Shown: positions 13,685 through 26,385, counted from the whole stretch's first letter. The stretch is DNA of 59,818 nucleotides, filler included, from Diploschistes diacapsis (GCA_023645945.1; 6 parts of 6 records of this genome joined end to end with filler, not necessarily neighbours in it), one strand, 5' to 3'. A program made the numbers and translations. The notes: generated by a model from the letters alone, not told the origin.

Positions 13685-16600
13685 TCAAATCTTGACTACA
13701 TCGACCCGCCTGCTAGAGTCTGCAAGAAAGAGATCCAGCAAGGTTAAATACTGCGCTCCCAGCCGCTGTAAGATTGATGTTCCATAGAGATATTCTTGGG
13801 CCGCAAACGTTATCCTGGCTCCTCCGCTTGGGTTCTCCAAGATACTCACACAGAGATCGTAGCTGATGTTGACACCAGTCGCATTGCGCTCTCTTAGTGT
13901 CAGATCTCCGACTTGCACTTCGGCAAGGTGGTGCTGCAAATAGTTGATCTGAACCTGGTAAAGCGGATGGTGAGTTGCAGGCAATGCCTCAAGGCCAAGT
14001 TCTGAGAGGATCACGTCAAAAGGCACTTGCGCATGGCCAGCTGCAGTGTAGCAGACACTTCTAGTATCGCGACAGAGTTCCGAGAAGGCTAGATTGGATA
14101 GGTTGAGGAAGCGCAACGGTAGGTAGTTGAACATTGGGCCAAATACATCTGCAAACTCAGGATGCGAGGCTCTTCCTGCATCTACAGCTCCAATACAGAA
14201 ATCTCTAAGAGGTAATACCTTAGCTAAGAGAATCCGGAACATTGTCAGATGGTAATGGTAGGGGGATACCTTAATGGCGTCTGCAGCGCGCTTGATGGCT
14301 GTCGTTGTCTCACGTGACAAATCCTTGCGGATACCCTGTAATCTGAAGTCCTCCAGCCTCTGTCGCTCATTCACAGATGAACCTGGAATTAATGGCAAAG
14401 GTTTCATGCTGTGCTGATGTTGGTTTCTCCAGAATCTGATACTCTCAGACCAGGTACTGTCATGGAGTGCTTTGTGCTCATAATGCGCAAAGTCCACAGG
14501 TTGCCGCGCAGCTGGTTTGAGGTTTTCGCCACGATATGCACGATCGAGATCTTGCAGAAAGAGTTCGATGCTGGTCACATCGACGACGATATGGTGGAAG
14601 CTGCACATGAAAGCCGACTCCATAATTACTGCGACCATGGTCTGCCCTGTACCAAGGTCGAACTTGGTGTTGTTGACTCGATCGAACTCTGCTTTGATAT
14701 TGCCAGAGCTGACCTCGAGTTGGACCGTAGGAACAGCCATGACCTCTTGCATCCGACCAACAAACCTCGTACGCAGGATCTCATACTTCTGCACCACCAT
14801 TGCGAATGCTTTCTTGACCGGTCAATGTGAACCTGACCTTCAATATTGTAGACCCAAGCCAGATTGTTTACTCGGGGTGCTTTCGTGAACTGATGTATGC
14901 GGTACATCCGGGCCTGCGTATACGACATGGGAGCCTTCCGACCTTCACCTTCGCTCGATGCTGGCATTAACAGTTACGGGGATTCTATAAAAGCACCTTC
15001 TGGGAGATCCCAAGATTTATGAACAAGGCTTGCTATGTCAGACACGGTAGCTCCACTCAAAATTTTCAAGACCGGCATGTCAATCTTGAGCTCGGCCATG
15101 AAGAATGACCTTATCTCTACCGCTAATAGAGAATCCACACCAAGATCAATAAGTGGCGAGGACTCAAGTACTCGGTCCAGCATCAACATTCGCCCAAGTT
15201 TAGCGCAGAACGCCCTTAGTATCAAATATCGAGAGTCTATTCTGTTGGCTTCGAGCTGCTGTCGAAGCGGCACCACTTCCCCTTTAGTAGCCAGTTGCTG
15301 TGTCTCCGTGACTTTATCTTTCTTATCCACAATGAGCTGCGAGACACGAGGATCCGAAAGCCACGATATGTCGGGTACTGAGCCATCGATAACACCGTCA
15401 AGACCAGCAATGACCTCCGTGTCATTTGTGTGACCTGCGATTATGGCTTCGGCGAAAATAGTTCTGAGCTCTCGCTCCGAAATAGTCATAACATTCCTGC
15501 TCCTGGCGTGCTCATGTTCATGACCGCCTTTCATCCGTGCAAGGTACCCAACTCCAGAGACAACGCCGATACTCATTGTGGATGCAGCAAGCCCTCTCTT
15601 GCGGCGCGCTTTAGCAATACCGTCCATGAATCCATTAGCAGCCGAGTAATTCGATTGACCGGGATTGCCTACTACCCAAGCAATCGAAGAAAACATGATG
15701 AAAAAATCTAGAGGGGTATCAAAAATTTCATCAAGGTTACGGGTGCCCAATACCTTCGGAGCGAGACTTGTTCCATAGCATCAATGGGCATTTCTTGGAG
15801 TGAGCCATCTAGCAGCACCATTGCTCCGTTAACGACCCCTTTGATTGGTGGCAGCTGTGCCTCGATCTCCTGCACAAGTTCTCGAAGTGCACGGATATCG
15901 CATATATCAAGTGAGCGGACCCAGATTCTAGCTCTTTGCTCGTCCAGCCAGGTTTGATCGATAGTGGGATTTCGACTCGTGAGCACGATATTGCTAGCTC
16001 CTTGACCAATCATCCATTCGCAGAGCGAGCGTCCCATGGTACCTGTTAAGCCTACTAGGAGATAGGTCTTGTTCGTTTTGAATAAGTTGAATGTCTTAGA
16101 AACGTCGCTCACATCGATCAGCATACTGCATGCTTGCGTCCAGTCGACTATTGCGGTTCGAGAATATCCCCCAACATCGGCCAGGTCCGCTACACGTACC
16201 GTATCGTAGCCCTTGCCCTTTTGAAGATCAGGTTTCGAAATCATGGAACCTATCAGCTGTCGCACATTTTCGAAGGAGCTTGAGGATAGCATGGTGTAGG
16301 TTAGGCACACAATGTCTGGCGAAGCTCTCTTGATGATATCATTCCACTCGTTGTCACGGCAATAGATGAAGACCTGAACACCGGCAAGAATTCTCCGGAT
16401 TTGGGTCAAGCTCATAAGTGGATTCAAGTGCACTACGTCTGAAGCTCCGTTCGTAGACGTCCAAAGTAACGGCTGACGATTGTGGCTAGGATCGGACTTC
16501 CAAGTGGATAGCAAGGCATCAGGAGCATCATGTATCATGATTTTGCGCGCAGCGAGCTCAGAGATAGAGTTGGCAATGATGCTCCAATACAGACAGTCTA

Positions 16601-19600
16601 TTAGCTCCGGCCTTACGGTCCCACCAATCTTGAACACGTGCTGCAAGAATTTTGGCTTTACAAGCGAACATGGCTCGTGTGTAAATGCTAGGACTCGGTC
16701 GTCAGTAGGAAGTGTTCCAATGCAGAAAAACAGCCTGTTGCCATCGATCATGACCGGTTGGAGAGTCGAGTAGCATATGATTGCATGCTCGCTTTCTTTT
16801 AAAAAGTCCTGCGGTGAATGCATTACAACATGGAAGCCCTTCACGTTTCGGGTTATCTTCATCGGCACCATACTCGGATTGACCTTGTGCGTGATTCGTC
16901 GTCTATTACTGTTGAGTCGGTCATTCCTCGCGTGGTCGAGCACGATCCGTGGAATGGAGAAAACACCTTCACATACTTCCAACTCCGGCTCCAAACTTCA
17001 CGTTACATCAGCGTCCGGCGTAGGAAAGTGCACGAGCTTGAGGAATGATTCTGCGATAAGGTCGGCATTCAAAATTTGGTCGCGAACGATCAACACTTGA
17101 ATACGGAGATGAGGAATTTCCAGTCTTAGTGATCGCAAAAGGCCAATGAAGATACTTGTGTATGGGTTATCCGCTCTGGTTACGAAGAATATCCGTTGCG
17201 CTGTAGAAACCATACGCTGGAAGCCGCCCAACTGAGCTGCATTGAGACGCTCAAATACTGGCTGGTCATAATCGAAAAGGCAGAGCAAGGGAGCACCAGT
17301 TGACAGTAGGGTTGATTGAACATCCTCTATGTGGTCCACAACAGTCTGCTTCTTGAAATACGGACGCATGGAGGCTGATATGCTGTCCCTAACGGATTCA
17401 ACAGAACAACCCCCTACAACTATAAATTGTTCGATTGGTTCTAAATTCTGGCTCAGAGGCCGTCGCATTGCTTTGACGGAAGGGTCGATCGCCCGACTCA
17501 AGAAGACATAGCCAAGGTTGACATTTGGGAGGGCGCTATCTTTGTTGAGCATCTCGATACCGGTAAAGCCACTTTGCAGCAAGAGCGCCTGCCACTGGTC
17601 GGGACTGAGCATTGGCCCCCATTTCCTATCGTTATCGCCAAGCCACCACCCAGGAAGACCGCCCATCATAAAACCGCTACGCGGAGTATCGACGGAACCT
17701 TCCACGAGGACCAAGAATCCGCCGGGCTTCAGCAGAGAACGCATATAAGCAAGGGTTTGGGCAACACGCCGAGTGGTGTGTATGACAAGTGATCCGATGA
17801 TCAAATCGTAGGAACGCTCCTGGTAGCTCTGCGTGAGCGGGTCCCGCTCGAGATCAAAGGTTTTGAATATCATCTTCTGTGCAAAACTCGAGAACTTCTC
17901 CTGGGCCTTCTCGAAAAAGCCTGATGAGACGTCTGTGAATGTATATGATATGAACCGATGATTCAGTGAATCCAGCACATGCTGTGTGGCACCACCAGTT
18001 CCAGCACCGACTTCAAGGATCATCATCCGGGGATACCGGTGAGCTATGCGAGATATCAAGCTATGTAGAATTTGATAACATCTGTCATAGCCCAAACCTT
18101 CCTGGTAATATCGACTCAGTTTCCCATCAGCCATCATGAATTCAAGCATGGGCCGTCGCTCTACCAAGGCAACTGGCAGATTCATACCCACGGCTCGGAT
18201 GAGCTGCATGTCAGCAGAATCAGCATGGGCTTCAATCAAGGCTGCAATCTGTTCGTGCGAATCGTGTAACCACTCTGGATTGACGGTAGGGAACTCTTCT
18301 TCTTTCAGTTTGGCGAGAACATGATCGATGAAATTCCACAGTTTCTTGAAGTGCCACTCAGCCTCTTCGACCTGTTCCATAGTAAGGGAGGATCTGAATT
18401 GGCGGTAGTAGTACCAGAGCACGCGGTCGCATGCAGACACCAAGTCCTGCTCCGCGCGTCCGTACTCCGTGACTTTTATTGGAGCACCATCGCAAACGTC
18501 CGACTCCCAGACAGTCTTCGCAAAAAGCGTGCGATCATCTACAGGTTCGAGAGCTTTGAGGGGTACCCACACCACGTCCTGAAGCTGGACTGTTAGATTT
18601 GCTGATGCATAAATGTCAACGTCCCCCTTCATTCCCGAATAGCCTTGCTCGGTAACAACAGACCTGAAAGTGACAGCTGAATTGGCTTCCGCCGGAGCTA
18701 CAGGAGCGATGAACAGTATGCGGTCGATACTCTGCGGTATCAATAGCGGCGAGGTACATTCATCACCAAGCCGGACAGACGCAGCGAGCAGAGCCTGTAG
18801 CGCAAGATCAAGTATTGCCGGGTGTAGAATGCTGTCCGATTGCTCCAGAAAGGCACGTGTCTCTGAACGTTTGGTTGCTTGCTGCACAGAGGCGTACCTT
18901 CGAAATGCTCCCGAGTATTCGAGACCAATACCTTTGAAGTGGTCATAGAAATCATCGACGTCAAGCGCTTCAAGAGACGTCTTACTTTCATCGTCAAAAC
19001 ATGGAACAAGTTTAGCCTTTGGCGAACCATAGCTGATGATCAATTCCGCGCTGAATGTGGAATCCAGTTTTGATGTATTGTATAATGAGCCAGCTGCGCA
19101 AGTTACACGACTAGTGATTCGTGTTGCTGAGGCCTCTCGTACGCTCATTCCGAAGACTACCTCTGTTGGTACGTTCTCGTCGAGGATGACGGCTTTTGCA
19201 ATCTTGAAGTCGAGTATTTCAACCGCCATGTCCTCTGTCCCCAGTCTTATGCTCCTAGCAGCCTCCAGAGTTGCCGCTGCGTACCACATTGCTGGAAGGA
19301 TGAACTGCCCCTGAATTTGGTGGCCGCGGAGCCAGTGGAACGACCTCAAACCGATCACGTTGCGGAAAATTAGGTTGCCATCAGTAGATTCTGGCTCTTG
19401 TGTTCCTAGGAACTCATATGCTCCCACAGGCTCGGTCAAGAATCGTTTGGACAGACGAGGCTCTCGTAGCAACACATGCTGGTGATCCCACTGGTATGTG
19501 GGTAGGTCGGGCACAGACTGAGGCTGAGAATACGATGAGCCGTACCAAGCTAACCTGTATGCATCGAAGTCCAGTGTGCTACAAAGTCCATTCTCCCACA

Positions 19601-22360
19601 AGAAGCCAAGAGCGGTGGAAACTGCTACCACACTGTCTTGTCTACGGCTCAGAGTGCCGTGGTATGATGGTTGTTTAGATGGCTTGTCTTTAGAACACGA
19701 AAATAGGGTCTCAGTTGCTGGTGACTTAAGCGCCGGGTGAGGACCTACCTCTAACACGCTGCTGAAGGGACCATACTTGAAAATACCAAGATCGAGCGCG
19801 GGAGCGAACAGGACCGGCTGCGTCATGTTGTCTACCCAGTATTGGTTGGGCAAAGTGTTAGATGTAAAGGGGCTCCCACTTCCGTAAACGCTCGATACCC
19901 ATGTACAGTCGGCATTACCTGTGCTTCCGGTGACGCCACAGGCATTGAGGGACTTGAGATAGCTATCAGCACAAGGCGCCATATGACTCGAGTGGTATGC
20001 AGTATCGACAATCAGTTTTCTGGCGAATATGTCTCGACTATGGAGCAGTCACTTTACCTCATCAATTGCGTCGACATCCCCGGAAAGCGTCGAACTCGAA
20101 GGTGAATTACTAGCCGCTACAGACATTCGGCCAGTCCATTCAGCTTGGCTGCAAAGATCACCTGCGTCCGCGTAAGATAAGCCAACGGCCATCATAGCCC
20201 CGGAACTACCTTCACTGCCCTGAGCCAGTGAGGCATAGAGGCCTCGATAGTAAGCAATGCGAATGGCATCAGTGGCAGAGACATGACCTGCTGCATATGC
20301 GGCGGCAATTTCGCCGGAGCTGTGACCCACGACTACGTCAAAATCCACACCTATTGCCCTTAGGTGGTTGACCAAAACGATTTGAATTGCGGTGCATAGC
20401 GGCTGCGAAAGCAACGCCTCCCCAACACGAGAGATGTCTGATTCCTTCAACAACTCATCCATGATGGACCAAGACGGGCCATCTGAAAGTGTTGACAATG
20501 AATTTTGAAGAGACTTGATGGTTTGATGCGCTATCGAAGACTGCTCTATAAGGCTCTTGCCCATTTGCGCGTACTGTGCACCTTGGCCCGTAAAGACACC
20601 CAACAATTTCAAGCCATGACTGTTTGAAACGTCATATCCAGGACACTTCACTCTGTCGAGCGCGTCATCAATCGCTCTAACAACATCCTCTCTGGAGGTC
20701 CCCGATATCGTGAGACGGTACTGAAAAGCAGTTCTTCTCTGCAGGGTCCTTGCGAAACCTTCCAGAGAGACGTTGGGAATGTCATGCAGGTAATTGCGCA
20801 TCGATCGCAAATTTGAGAACAGAGACGTCAAGGTCTTTGCGGAAAAGGTAAGGGGCGTCACAGTAGAGCCTAACATACTCTTATCGTACTGTGGGTGATG
20901 GCTTTCAACAATCGCATGAGCATTAGTGCCACCAAAGCCAAAGCTATTGACGCTGACGCGCCTGGGAATGCTTGGTATTTGATTTGGTAACTGCTCGTAC
21001 ACTGTCTGGATTCGCAGCTGACCATAGTATTGCTCAATCTCGGGATTCAGCTTGCGGAAGTGAAGGTTTGGAAGAGCCTTGCCATATTGGACGGCCAGAC
21101 ATGCTTTGATAAGCCCCGCTATGCCAGCAGCGCCCTCCAGGTGTCCCAAAACCGTTTTGATAGATCCAACCAAGAGGGGACTGACGCTCTGCGCGTTCGA
21201 GTCAAAAAAGGCTTTGAAAATAGCTTCCGCTTCAATAGGATCTCCCGCAGATGTACCAGTCCCATGTGCCTATCGATGATGAATTAGATTTCAGGCATTT
21301 AAGCACTAAAGTAGGGTGGTAAAGAACATGTCAGCACTCGACTAACCTCAAAATACTGCGGTCGATCTGTGTCTTTGCTCGGATCGAGGCCAGCCCGTCG
21401 GTAAGTCCGTCGTATAAGTTCTGACTGCGCGTCTGCGCTCGGCATAGTTATACCCCTAGTCTTCCCGTCTTGATTGACGCCAGTCTCCCGAATAATGCAT
21501 CGAATGTCATCTCCATCCCGAAGTGCTTGGTCCAAAGTCTTCAGTATGACCGCTCCGAAGCCCTCGCCTCGCGCATACCCGTCAGCTTCCTCGTCCCACA
21601 TGCTTATTCGACCCGTAGGCGATAACATTCCTAGATTCGAAAGAGCGATATACTGCTCAGGCTCCAGGATAAGATTACTTCCTGCGGCAACTGCAGCAGT
21701 TGCTTCTCCGTTTCTGAGGGTCTGAATGGCCTGATGCACCGCGACCAAGCTGGAAGAGCACGCGGTGTCGATACTCATGCAAGGCCCTTTCAAGTCAAAG
21801 AAGTAAGATATTCGAGCGGCAAGTATACTTGCATGAGCGCCGGTAGCCGCATATTCTGGGACGGCCTTGGGATCACGTATGTAAAGCGAGTCGCGGAAAT
21901 CATAGCTCATTCCACCAACAAAAACAGAAGTGTTAGAGCCCTTTATCCCCTCCAGTGTCAATCCGGCGGACTCCAACGCTTCATACACCGTCTCCAGCAA
22001 GATTCTTTGCTGAGGGTCCATGGTTTCTGCCTCTCGCGGATGGATGTTGAAGAAGGCGGCATCGAAGAAGCGATGGTCCTCCTCGAGGAAGTACGATCTT
22101 CGGGTGTTAAAGGTTCCATGATGATGTGGATCTGAATGGTAGAAGTTGTCGATGTTGAATCGTTCTTTGGGTATCTCTTTCGAGATGTCGTGCGGATTAG
22201 TCAGTAAGTCCCAGAGTTTCTCGGGGTTTGTTGCTGGACCAGGAAACCGACAAGCAAGCCCAATCACTGCGACTGGCTCGCCTGCATGCAGCCCGCCTCT
22301 CTCCGGGTCTGCTGCCATTTCGTCGATATCTATAGATGAAGTCTCCGGGTCTGCTGCCAT
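13685..22360 (-). pseudogene. Truncated PKS-NRPS hybrid (HR-PKS KS-AT-DH-cMT-ER0-KR-ACP plus terminal condensation domain), disrupted
   Basis: KS DTACSSS/EAHGTGT/GHLEGAAG; AT GHSSGE and AYHS; DH GHQIQGQFILP and HPAILD; MT ILEVGAGTGG; KR VGLTGTMG and YSAAN; ACP LGVDSL; C domain HHIVVD. In-frame stops at 20049-20051, 16998-17000 and 14974-14976; frameshifts at ~15765 and ~14817. Confidence 0.9.
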
Positions 22361-22384
22361 TTCGTCTATATCTATAGATGAAGT
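22301..22384. repeat. 42 bp tandem duplication spanning the PKS start codon
   Basis: Two copies of ctccgggtctgctgccatttcgtc(g/t)atatctatagatgaagt with one mismatch; encodes [14 protein letters not shown] twice. Confidence 0.95.
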
Positions 22385-22639
22385 CGAACGTGGAAGCTGG
22401 ATACACACCTTTCAAAGAGGGTTAGCCCGCTACGCCTTATAAAGTAAATGGTGCGAGCCACAGTATTCGGTCGACGTTGGTGTAAGCTCGGAATTAGTAG
22501 GTAGGACCAAGCAGGAAGAATATTATCTTTGGGACTGCCAAGTCAGCTCTTTGTGAGCTTCACATGTCAAGCGGCATCCGTTTTCAAGTTCACAGCATGA
22601 GTGTGCCTTACTGAGCACTGCCGACAGATTACTCATGAT

Positions 22640-24043
22640 TCACCTGATCTTCACTTCATGTCTGAGCATTTTGACAACACTGTATGGCATCATAGCCCCT
22701 TCTTCACCCCTTCGCAGTGACGGGTAAACCCACGGCGGAACACACCACAAGGACCACGTTAGCAGCCACATATGGCCTACAATTCGCTCGAGCAAGCTTT
22801 GCCATTTGCTTGTCCTGTTTCCGACCAATCTCATCCACAGCCGACCAATTATATCCTCAAACAGCATCCCAAGGACTTGCATGGGGAAGAACCAGCAGCT
22901 TGACCAGAATTGCGCCGCTCCTCCTGTGACTCCCAAAGGCTGTACCATATGTGCCAGCATGCTCAGCTCAAATACAAAGAATGTTGTAAGATAACGCGCA
23001 AACGGCCCTCTGCTGTTCCTCAGTGAAGAATCTTTAGGCAGGTAGGATAGGAGCGTTTCGGTAAAAGCGCCGCTCACGGCCACATAAGGAACTTGAAAGA
23101 TCTGGTGCCAGAATTTGCCCCAGTGGTTCCGGATGCTGTATTCTTCCGCAAAGTTGCCTACCAATGGAGGCCAGTCTTGAGGCTCATATAGCCCAAAGGC
23201 TACGCCAATAAAGGCAATAATGGAATGAATGTAGGTGATCATCAGTCCCGTGCTAACCCATAGGTTGAAATTTATCACGAGCCGGCACCACAGCTCCATG
23301 GCATCAACTTCGTCAAACCTTCTCAAGAGAGAGTCGTACCGTGGAGCGAAATATCGAGAGGGCAGTGGGGGCTGGTTGGTCAGTAGGTCGAGAAGGAGAT
23401 AAGAGCTTCCGGCAGAGAGAAGACAAGAAGTCAGAAACGAGAATCTCGATGATGGCGGAAGATATGCCGGCGTATTCTTCGCTTTTTGAAAGTATTGAGA
23501 CGATACATTACGGTGGTTGATCAGGAGATAGTCAACGGACTGAAAGGGGGTCATATTGGAGAACGGCTTCGATGTCTTCATATCGACTGGACTGCTCTGC
23601 TCGTTTTTGGCCAGAGCTCCGGTTGCTGGCTTACGTTGCAAAGCGCTAGAAGCACCTCCTGTGGGCTCTATACCACTTGCCATAGCCGTTGCTTCAACTG
23701 AATTTTCGAGTGGGCCTTCAATCTTGTTTTTGCTTCCTCTTTTGGGATCGTAGACGAAGAAGAGGTGGATCATCCGGATCCAGGAAGCAAAGATGAAGTT
23801 TGCTATGAGCCCGTCAAAGTGTCCGGGAATGTGGCCCATGATATTAGGCTTGGTAAGCAATAGATAGACATTCCCCCCAAAGAGAGCCGTCACTACAAAG
23901 CGTAATAAGAATGGTTGCGATGTGTGGCATACCACCAGTACGAAAGCAGCTACAGTGCTGGCAAAGTATACGCGACCGGCCGTATCGGATATCGGAGGCC
24001 CAAGGGATGACAAGTCGTCGAGAGAAGCTTGATGGAAGGCCAT
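22640..24043 (-). CDS. Membrane-bound O-acyltransferase (wax synthase / Tri7-like MBOAT)
   Basis: Uninterrupted ORF with DWPPLVG, SIRNHWGKFWHQ, FELSMLAH, FFPMQVLG and VGHMW, plus multiple hydrophobic helices. Start assumed at MAFHQ. Confidence 0.85.
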   Translation of the reverse strand: MAFHQASLDDLSSLGPPISDTAGRVYFASTVAAFVLVVCHTSQPFLLRFVVTALFGGNVYLLLTKPNIMGHIPGHFDGLIANFIFASWIRMIHLFFVYDPKRGSKNKIEGPLENSVEATAMASGIEPTGGASSALQRKPATGALAKNEQSSPVDMKTSKPFSNMTPFQSVDYLLINHRNVSSQYFQKAKNTPAYLPPSSRFSFLTSCLLSAGSSYLLLDLLTNQPPLPSRYFAPRYDSLLRRFDEVDAMELWCRLVINFNLWVSTGLMITYIHSIIAFIGVAFGLYEPQDWPPLVGNFAEEYSIRNHWGKFWHQIFQVPYVAVSGAFTETLLSYLPKDSSLRNSRGPFARYLTTFFVFELSMLAHMVQPLGVTGGAAQFWSSCWFFPMQVLGMLFEDIIGRLWMRLVGNRTSKWQSLLERIVGHMWLLTWSLWCVPPWVYPSLRRGEEGAMMPYSVVKMLRHEVKIR

Positions 24044-24433
24044 GGCATGTAATAGTATACGCTTCGCTGCTTTATAGTACCTGTAAGTATGTGACAGTCG
24101 TAAAGGTAGAGAAATGGCGAAAGTAACCCACTGAAGTTGAAGCTCGGAACTTAATAACGCCGCTAGTCTACCGTTTGGCGCAACTTTCAACAACGTTGTT
24201 GGTATTCTACACTGGCTCCTGCTGCCCTGGTAACCACCACTTTATGCTTGACATTGAGTTACACCTGAAATAGTCAGCATACAGCGTGGCAGGATGAAGT
24301 GTATGTAAGGAGTAGAAATGACATCTACAGCATTGTACAACTTGTCATCTTGTAGCTTGGGATTATGAGTCGTCAATAGAGGCTCTAAAACTTAAGTACA
24401 TTCCACCCTTTGTCAGCCTACCCTTCCTTTACC

Positions 24434-26297
24434 ATGTTCCTACCGTCTGAATATCGCGATATTTCTTCAAGAGACCTCCTCAGTCACATTTTCAATAACC
24501 ACACTGAAACAGATACATCTAACCCCATATACATAGACGCAGCCAATCCCTCGAACAGCCTTTCGCGAGCCCAGTGCCGGCTGCTTGTGCGGCAGCTCAT
24601 TGCGGGCCTACGACATCTTGGAGTCAAGCCTGGCCATAGCGTGGCCGTCCATGCTTACAACAGCATCTACTATGGCCCACTCTTCCTCGCAATCGTTGGA
24701 GCCGGCGGAGTCTATGTTGGTAGCAATCCTGCATATACAGAAGCCGAGCTTGCGCACCTATTCGCCATCTCAGACGTAAAGTTCATCTTCACAGGGCCCG
24801 AGCTTGTAGAACGTATCCTACCTCCCTCGCGCAGACACGGCATCCCAGAGCAGCATATCCTCGTGTTCGATGCTGACTCCCCAACGCTCACGACACCTTC
24901 TGACGTGCATGGGCCCATTCAACAGTCCTCTCCCATCCGAGAGCACCTCGAAAGGAACACCAGCAGCCTTACTTCAGACCTCCGGGACCACAGGCCTACC
25001 CAAGGCAGCTTCGTTAAGCCACTACAGCTTTGTTGCACAATCCATCATGATTCAAGACCGCAAGCCAAAGCCATACTGCGTGCGCCGCCTTCTGTACCTT
25101 CCCTTCTTCCACGCCTTTGCGGGCCCTTTAGCGAACATCGCCCCGTTATATGAGGGCATAGCTACCTACGTGATGAGGCGGTACGACCAACAGATGTTCC
25201 TTGATAGCGTACACAAGTATGCAATCACGGAATCGCACATGGTAAATCCTATCGCGCTCGCAGTACTTGCTCTGCCGCCGCAGCAGCAAGCAAAGCTGGA
25301 TTCGTTGCGCCTGGTGTGGACAGCAGGTGCGCCGCTAGGTTCAGGTCTGCAGTCGCGATTGGCACAAGCTCTCCACGGGGAGGCACGTGTGGTGGAGGTA
25401 CTTGGCATGACGGAGTGTGGATGGATTGCAACGTTTCAATACCCAGAAAAGGATCTTAGCGGCAGCTGTGGCCGACTGATGCCCAACGTGGAGGCCAAGC
25501 TCAAGGACTTTGGCGGCCAGGATATTACCGCCGAGAATGAAAACGGAGAGGTCTGGTTTCGAAGTGTGAGTCGAATGTCAGGCTATAAAGGCAACGAGAC
25601 TGCCACACAAGAGATGCTGGCTGAGGGAGGCTGGTTAAGATCCGGAGACGTAGGGTTCATCAAGGAAGGCAAATGGTTCATTGTTGACAGGGCGAAGGTA
25701 AGTTGGCGGATCTAAACCAGAATGAAACTGTCCTCGTGCGTACAAACTAATTTAGGTATACAGGATATCATCAAAGTCCGCGGCTGGCAAGTCTCACCAG
25801 CTGAACTAGAAGCTGTTCTTTTGTCACATCCCATGATTCGTGATGCTGCCGTATTGGGTGTCGACCTCGACGACGAACGAGGCGAACTACCTCGGGCATA
25901 TATTACAGTTGAACAGGACAGGTCTCAGTCGTTGGAACAGCCTACCGATGAAGATATCCTTGCGTTCATGGGTGACAGGCTAGCAAAATACAAAGCTTTG
26001 GCTGGCGGCATTGAAAGAGTAGACACGATACCTCGGGGACCAGGTGGCAAGATACTCAAGGCATGGATGAAGGAAGAACCTCTAGACAAGATCAAAGTCC
26101 TCCCAAGTAAGGGATCAGCAAAGCGGAATCAACGGGACAAGTCCGAGAAGCGAGGTACCAAAGGTGAAGACGTCCTTCAAGAGACTGCGTATTCCATTAC
26201 TAAACGAGTCATGACTTTAAACGGCAAAAGCAATTCAGGACCTTCTATAGAGCAAGACCATGCTAGAGAACTTAAAGTGCCACATGAACTGAACTAA
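24434..26297 (+). pseudogene. Acyl-CoA/4-coumarate-CoA ligase-like adenylate-forming enzyme, apparently frameshifted
   Basis: NPAYT, TSGTTGLPKAA, GMTE, GWLRSGDVG, IVDRAK|DIIKVRGWQVSPAELE and GKILK motifs. The frame changes near 24870-24900 with no frame-correcting intron visible. Confidence 0.75.
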
Positions 26298-26385
26298 AAC
26301 TGTGTGACGACACTTGGCGTGGGTGGGTTTTGGTTTGATACCATCGTCACCTACTCGCAATTTGAAGAACTTGCAGGTACCATAC

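Noticed and set aside
14974..14976. PKS ends naturally at the ACP and the C domain is a separate gene
   Set aside because: The C-domain N-terminus continues in the same frame 6 nt later with no room for a promoter, so a nonsense mutation is more parsimonious.
16998..17000. Premature stops rescued by fungal A-to-I editing or readthrough (TGA>TGG at a Trp site)
   Set aside because: It fits this one codon only. The P450 stop replaces a conserved Arg, and editing cannot fix the three frameshifts. KGD1 and the other core genes use the standard code.
20029..20057. Mini-intron removing the AT-domain stop
   Set aside because: The GT...AG span is only 20 nt and would shift the frame; the unspliced reading matches the conserved AT sequence.
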